A DNA stretch of 64,000 bases from Eledone cirrhosa (lineage: Eukaryota): positions 93,930,001 to 93,994,000 of the forward strand of contig OZ024741.1 in the NCBI GenBank assembly GCA_964016885.1. The letters are read 5' to 3'. A program made the position numbers and the translations under genes. Shown here in pieces: positions 61,116 to 64,000 of this stretch (its first letter is position 1; every line of letters starts with the position of its first letter). The notes below the pieces were generated by a model. It made no database searches. It saw only the letters and a list, made by a program, of their open reading frames with translations, and was not told the origin of the DNA.

Positions 61116-62919
61116 TCTGTGTGTGTGTGTGTGCGTGTGTGTGTGCGTGTGTGTGTTCGCGTGCTAGTGATTATGTGTACATGTGCGAATGAAAACTGGT
61201 TGACAAAGCAGAGAAGTTAACTACGTTACAGTGAGAGTATGAATGTGTAGATGTCTACGTATGGAAAAGTATGGGTGCCTAGAATTTTGATAGGTTTATA
61301 TTTTGATAGGTCTAGGTGTGTATGCATCTGTATGCTGCTAAAATGTGTTAATAAAAATATGAGAATGTATACATAATGTACTGGTAATATTTTTTTAACG
61401 CTTACGTAATACTATTTATATCCGGGTACTTCACTCAGGTATTTTTAACATTTCGTCTCCAGCAACATACAGAATTCAACCATTTTCCTGGATGCATTTA
61501 GTTAATTTACATAGGCATATTTTGTGACAAGGGAAGGTCTATATAAAATAACAGTGGTTAGACAATTTCCTCAAGGACAATTTCCTCAAGGACAACATAG
61601 TTAGTGACGCAATGCTGGTGAGTCCGGTATGTCGTATGGTATTAATCATTGGAAATAAATATATTTGACAGGTGTATGGGCAACGTTATAACAGGATATA
61701 ACTGTCTGTTTAAGAGATCTATGCCAATCGTTTTTTTTATACATATACACATACACATACACGCGCACATACATGCGCACGCACATAAAAACGCGCGCGC
61801 ACATACACAGCACAGATACGCGTAACAAAAGATTACATCAAAGTGAATGAATAAATAAATAAATAAATATCTAAACAGATCGAAATGAATAAGGATGAAA
61901 TGAGATAAGAAAACCAATAATGATTGAACTGCTACCAACCAAAAGCAGAACCGAAGGTCTCAGTTTAGATGCTGAAGCTCAATGGATAGCCAATGAGTAA
62001 CTATAGAAAGATATGATGAAATAAGAAGTTTATGTTAAAGAAAATGATCAACCACAAAACCCGATTTCTCAGTCCCTTCAAAAGCAGAATGAACCTACAT
62101 ACTTAACTAAATATTTATTGGGCAATATGCAGACTCATCCGTATGAAAACTGAAGATGAATAAGATAAGCATGGATCAAACGGGTTAGGCGACAATGATA
62201 GCAACGATACTCTGGAACATATCTGAACAAACTGGCTTTCTCTAACTTAAACTTAAGCTTAAAAATGTAGCAACGTTTCGTATACACCATTTTAAGGCTC
62301 AAATATCTATGTAACACTGACAGATTTCTCATTTGATGCCAAATTACTTTTACAACATAAAATTACGCGTGTGTATGCGTGAATGCAGAGGTATATACAA
62401 ATATATACATACAAACACACACACATATGTATATTTGCTCACTCACCGATTTGTTTCAATCCTATAATTGAGCAATCGAGAATTCATTCGGTACCTATCA
62501 ACAACTAAAATTTATTAAACAGGTTTAAGGAGAATTTTGCACCCACTTTAACACTATCCAGCATGCGTCTAATGATGTATTTTCAATCTTTTGATAACAC
62601 TAATGAACGAGAGGTCCCCAAGAACATTTCCAGATGCCTCATAATGTATGATCACCTGACCCATGTTCCCCATTCCCAACAAATCACTCTGCTACTCATG
62701 TCGGAGGCTACATGCATAATGACTGAAAAATCTTTCCTTCCTAAAAATCAATGCCGTTCCGAAACAATATTAACATTAGACATTCTCTTTTAATAGTACA
62801 ATGATACAATCAGTACATATTTAAAAAAATCTATTCTCCACCCCCATGCAAGGTAATAAAGCCACTAAAATGGGGTTACTGAGAAAGGAAAAAGACAAGA
62901 CAGAGAGAACATAATTGAT

Positions 62920-63065
62920 GGAGACAAAGGATTACGATTGATATTGCTTTGGAAGTTTTGTAAATTGTAGTGGCCAGGAAAGTAAGAAGCCAGAAGAGAA
63001 TTCCATAGGTGAGATGTGCAAGGGAAGAAACTCTCAGAATAGAATTTGTGATTGCATTTAGGAAC
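62920..63065 (-). pseudogene. CR1/L2-group LINE extreme 3' remnant
   Basis: FYSESFFPCTSHLWNSLLASYFPGHYNLQNFQSNINR. Confidence 0.65.
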
Positions 63066-63213
63066 TTCTATAAAGGAATGAGACTATCTATCTATCTGTT
63101 TGTGTATCTATCATCTATTTAACTATCTGTCTGCGTGTCTGCCTATCTATTCTATCTTTGAACTGCTTCTGAGATTTGTTATTATTGGTCTTGTTTAAAG
63201 AGAGAGAGAGAGA

Positions 63214-63259
<46 letters not shown>

Positions 63260-63267
63260 GAGAGACA

Positions 63268-63351
<84 letters not shown>

Positions 63352-63374
63352 GATATATAGATAGATAGATAGAT

Positions 63375-64000
63375 ATCTTTCTTTATTTGCCACAGGGGCG
63401 TACAAAAATGGGACATTACAAGACGTGACGGCGGGGGTTTTACATAAAAATAACTTTAACATTAATAAATAACAATAAACTATATATAATAAAATAACAA
63501 TTGAAATCCCCAATAGGGAGGAACGTTACCGCAGGGTTGTTTTACACCCCGTGGATAGAACAACCCTCAACGCCAGGTGTTTTGTAGGTGTTCCTGTCTT
63601 CCCTCTGTTTATCTTCCTCAACATACAGGTTTATATACAGAGAAGGCCCATTCACTCGGGCCATTTTCGCCACATTCACCCACTTTACAGCGAATTTACT
63701 GGGGTGTAGCACCTCTCTCTCCACTCTCACCTTCCTCCTAAAGTGATACTTAAAGAAGGGAATAAGTTGTTGTGCGGAGAGAAAGGTGTTTGCCCTCAGT
63801 CCTTTTAACCTCGTCCACCATATTACCTCTTTCGCCATAGCCACCAGACAGAGGAAAACCGCCTCTACTTCATTCTTAAATGAAGGCAGCGGGGTGATCC
63901 TCACGATGGACTCGGCTGACAACTGGATGCGTCTCACACGTGACAGTAGCTGTTCGACATAATTCCACAGGTCGGTCACCCCTGGGCACTGAACAATTGC
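63375..64000 (-). mobile_element. L1/Tx1-type LINE ORF2 C-terminus and 3' UTR (runs off the window)
   Basis: AIVQCPGVTDLWNYV...AKEVIWWTR...F..KW pattern after the zinc knuckle; aataaa just before the (GATA)n/(GA)n tract. Confidence 0.6.

Overview
AT-rich, microsatellite-saturated animal DNA; the repeat content suggests a cephalopod such as an octopus (inference). Almost all of it is transposon-derived. It holds two long Penelope-like element (PLE) ORFs (RT plus C-terminal GIY-YIG; 40475-42748 + and 55124-57238 -), a frameshifted copy of the first, remnants of other PLE, RTE, CR1/L2, R4/Dong and L1/Tx1 retroelements, Helitrons and tRNA-derived SINEs. One candidate host first exon lies at 60470-60619 (-). 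The main finding is a dense set of type I hammerhead ribozyme (HHR) motifs, about a dozen sequence types read by eye, carried by elements inserted in (TA)n tracts. These include two non-coding retrozyme-like tandem arrays nested in each other: a 310-bp HHR array sits inside the (TA)n tract of a ~480-bp HHR array. Many insertions share one architecture, a copy with a 3' tail fused to an inverted copy lacking it. Several HHRs have unusual cores (U3:A8, U-U at the base of stem II). All structures were read by eye; none was folded computationally or searched against databases.
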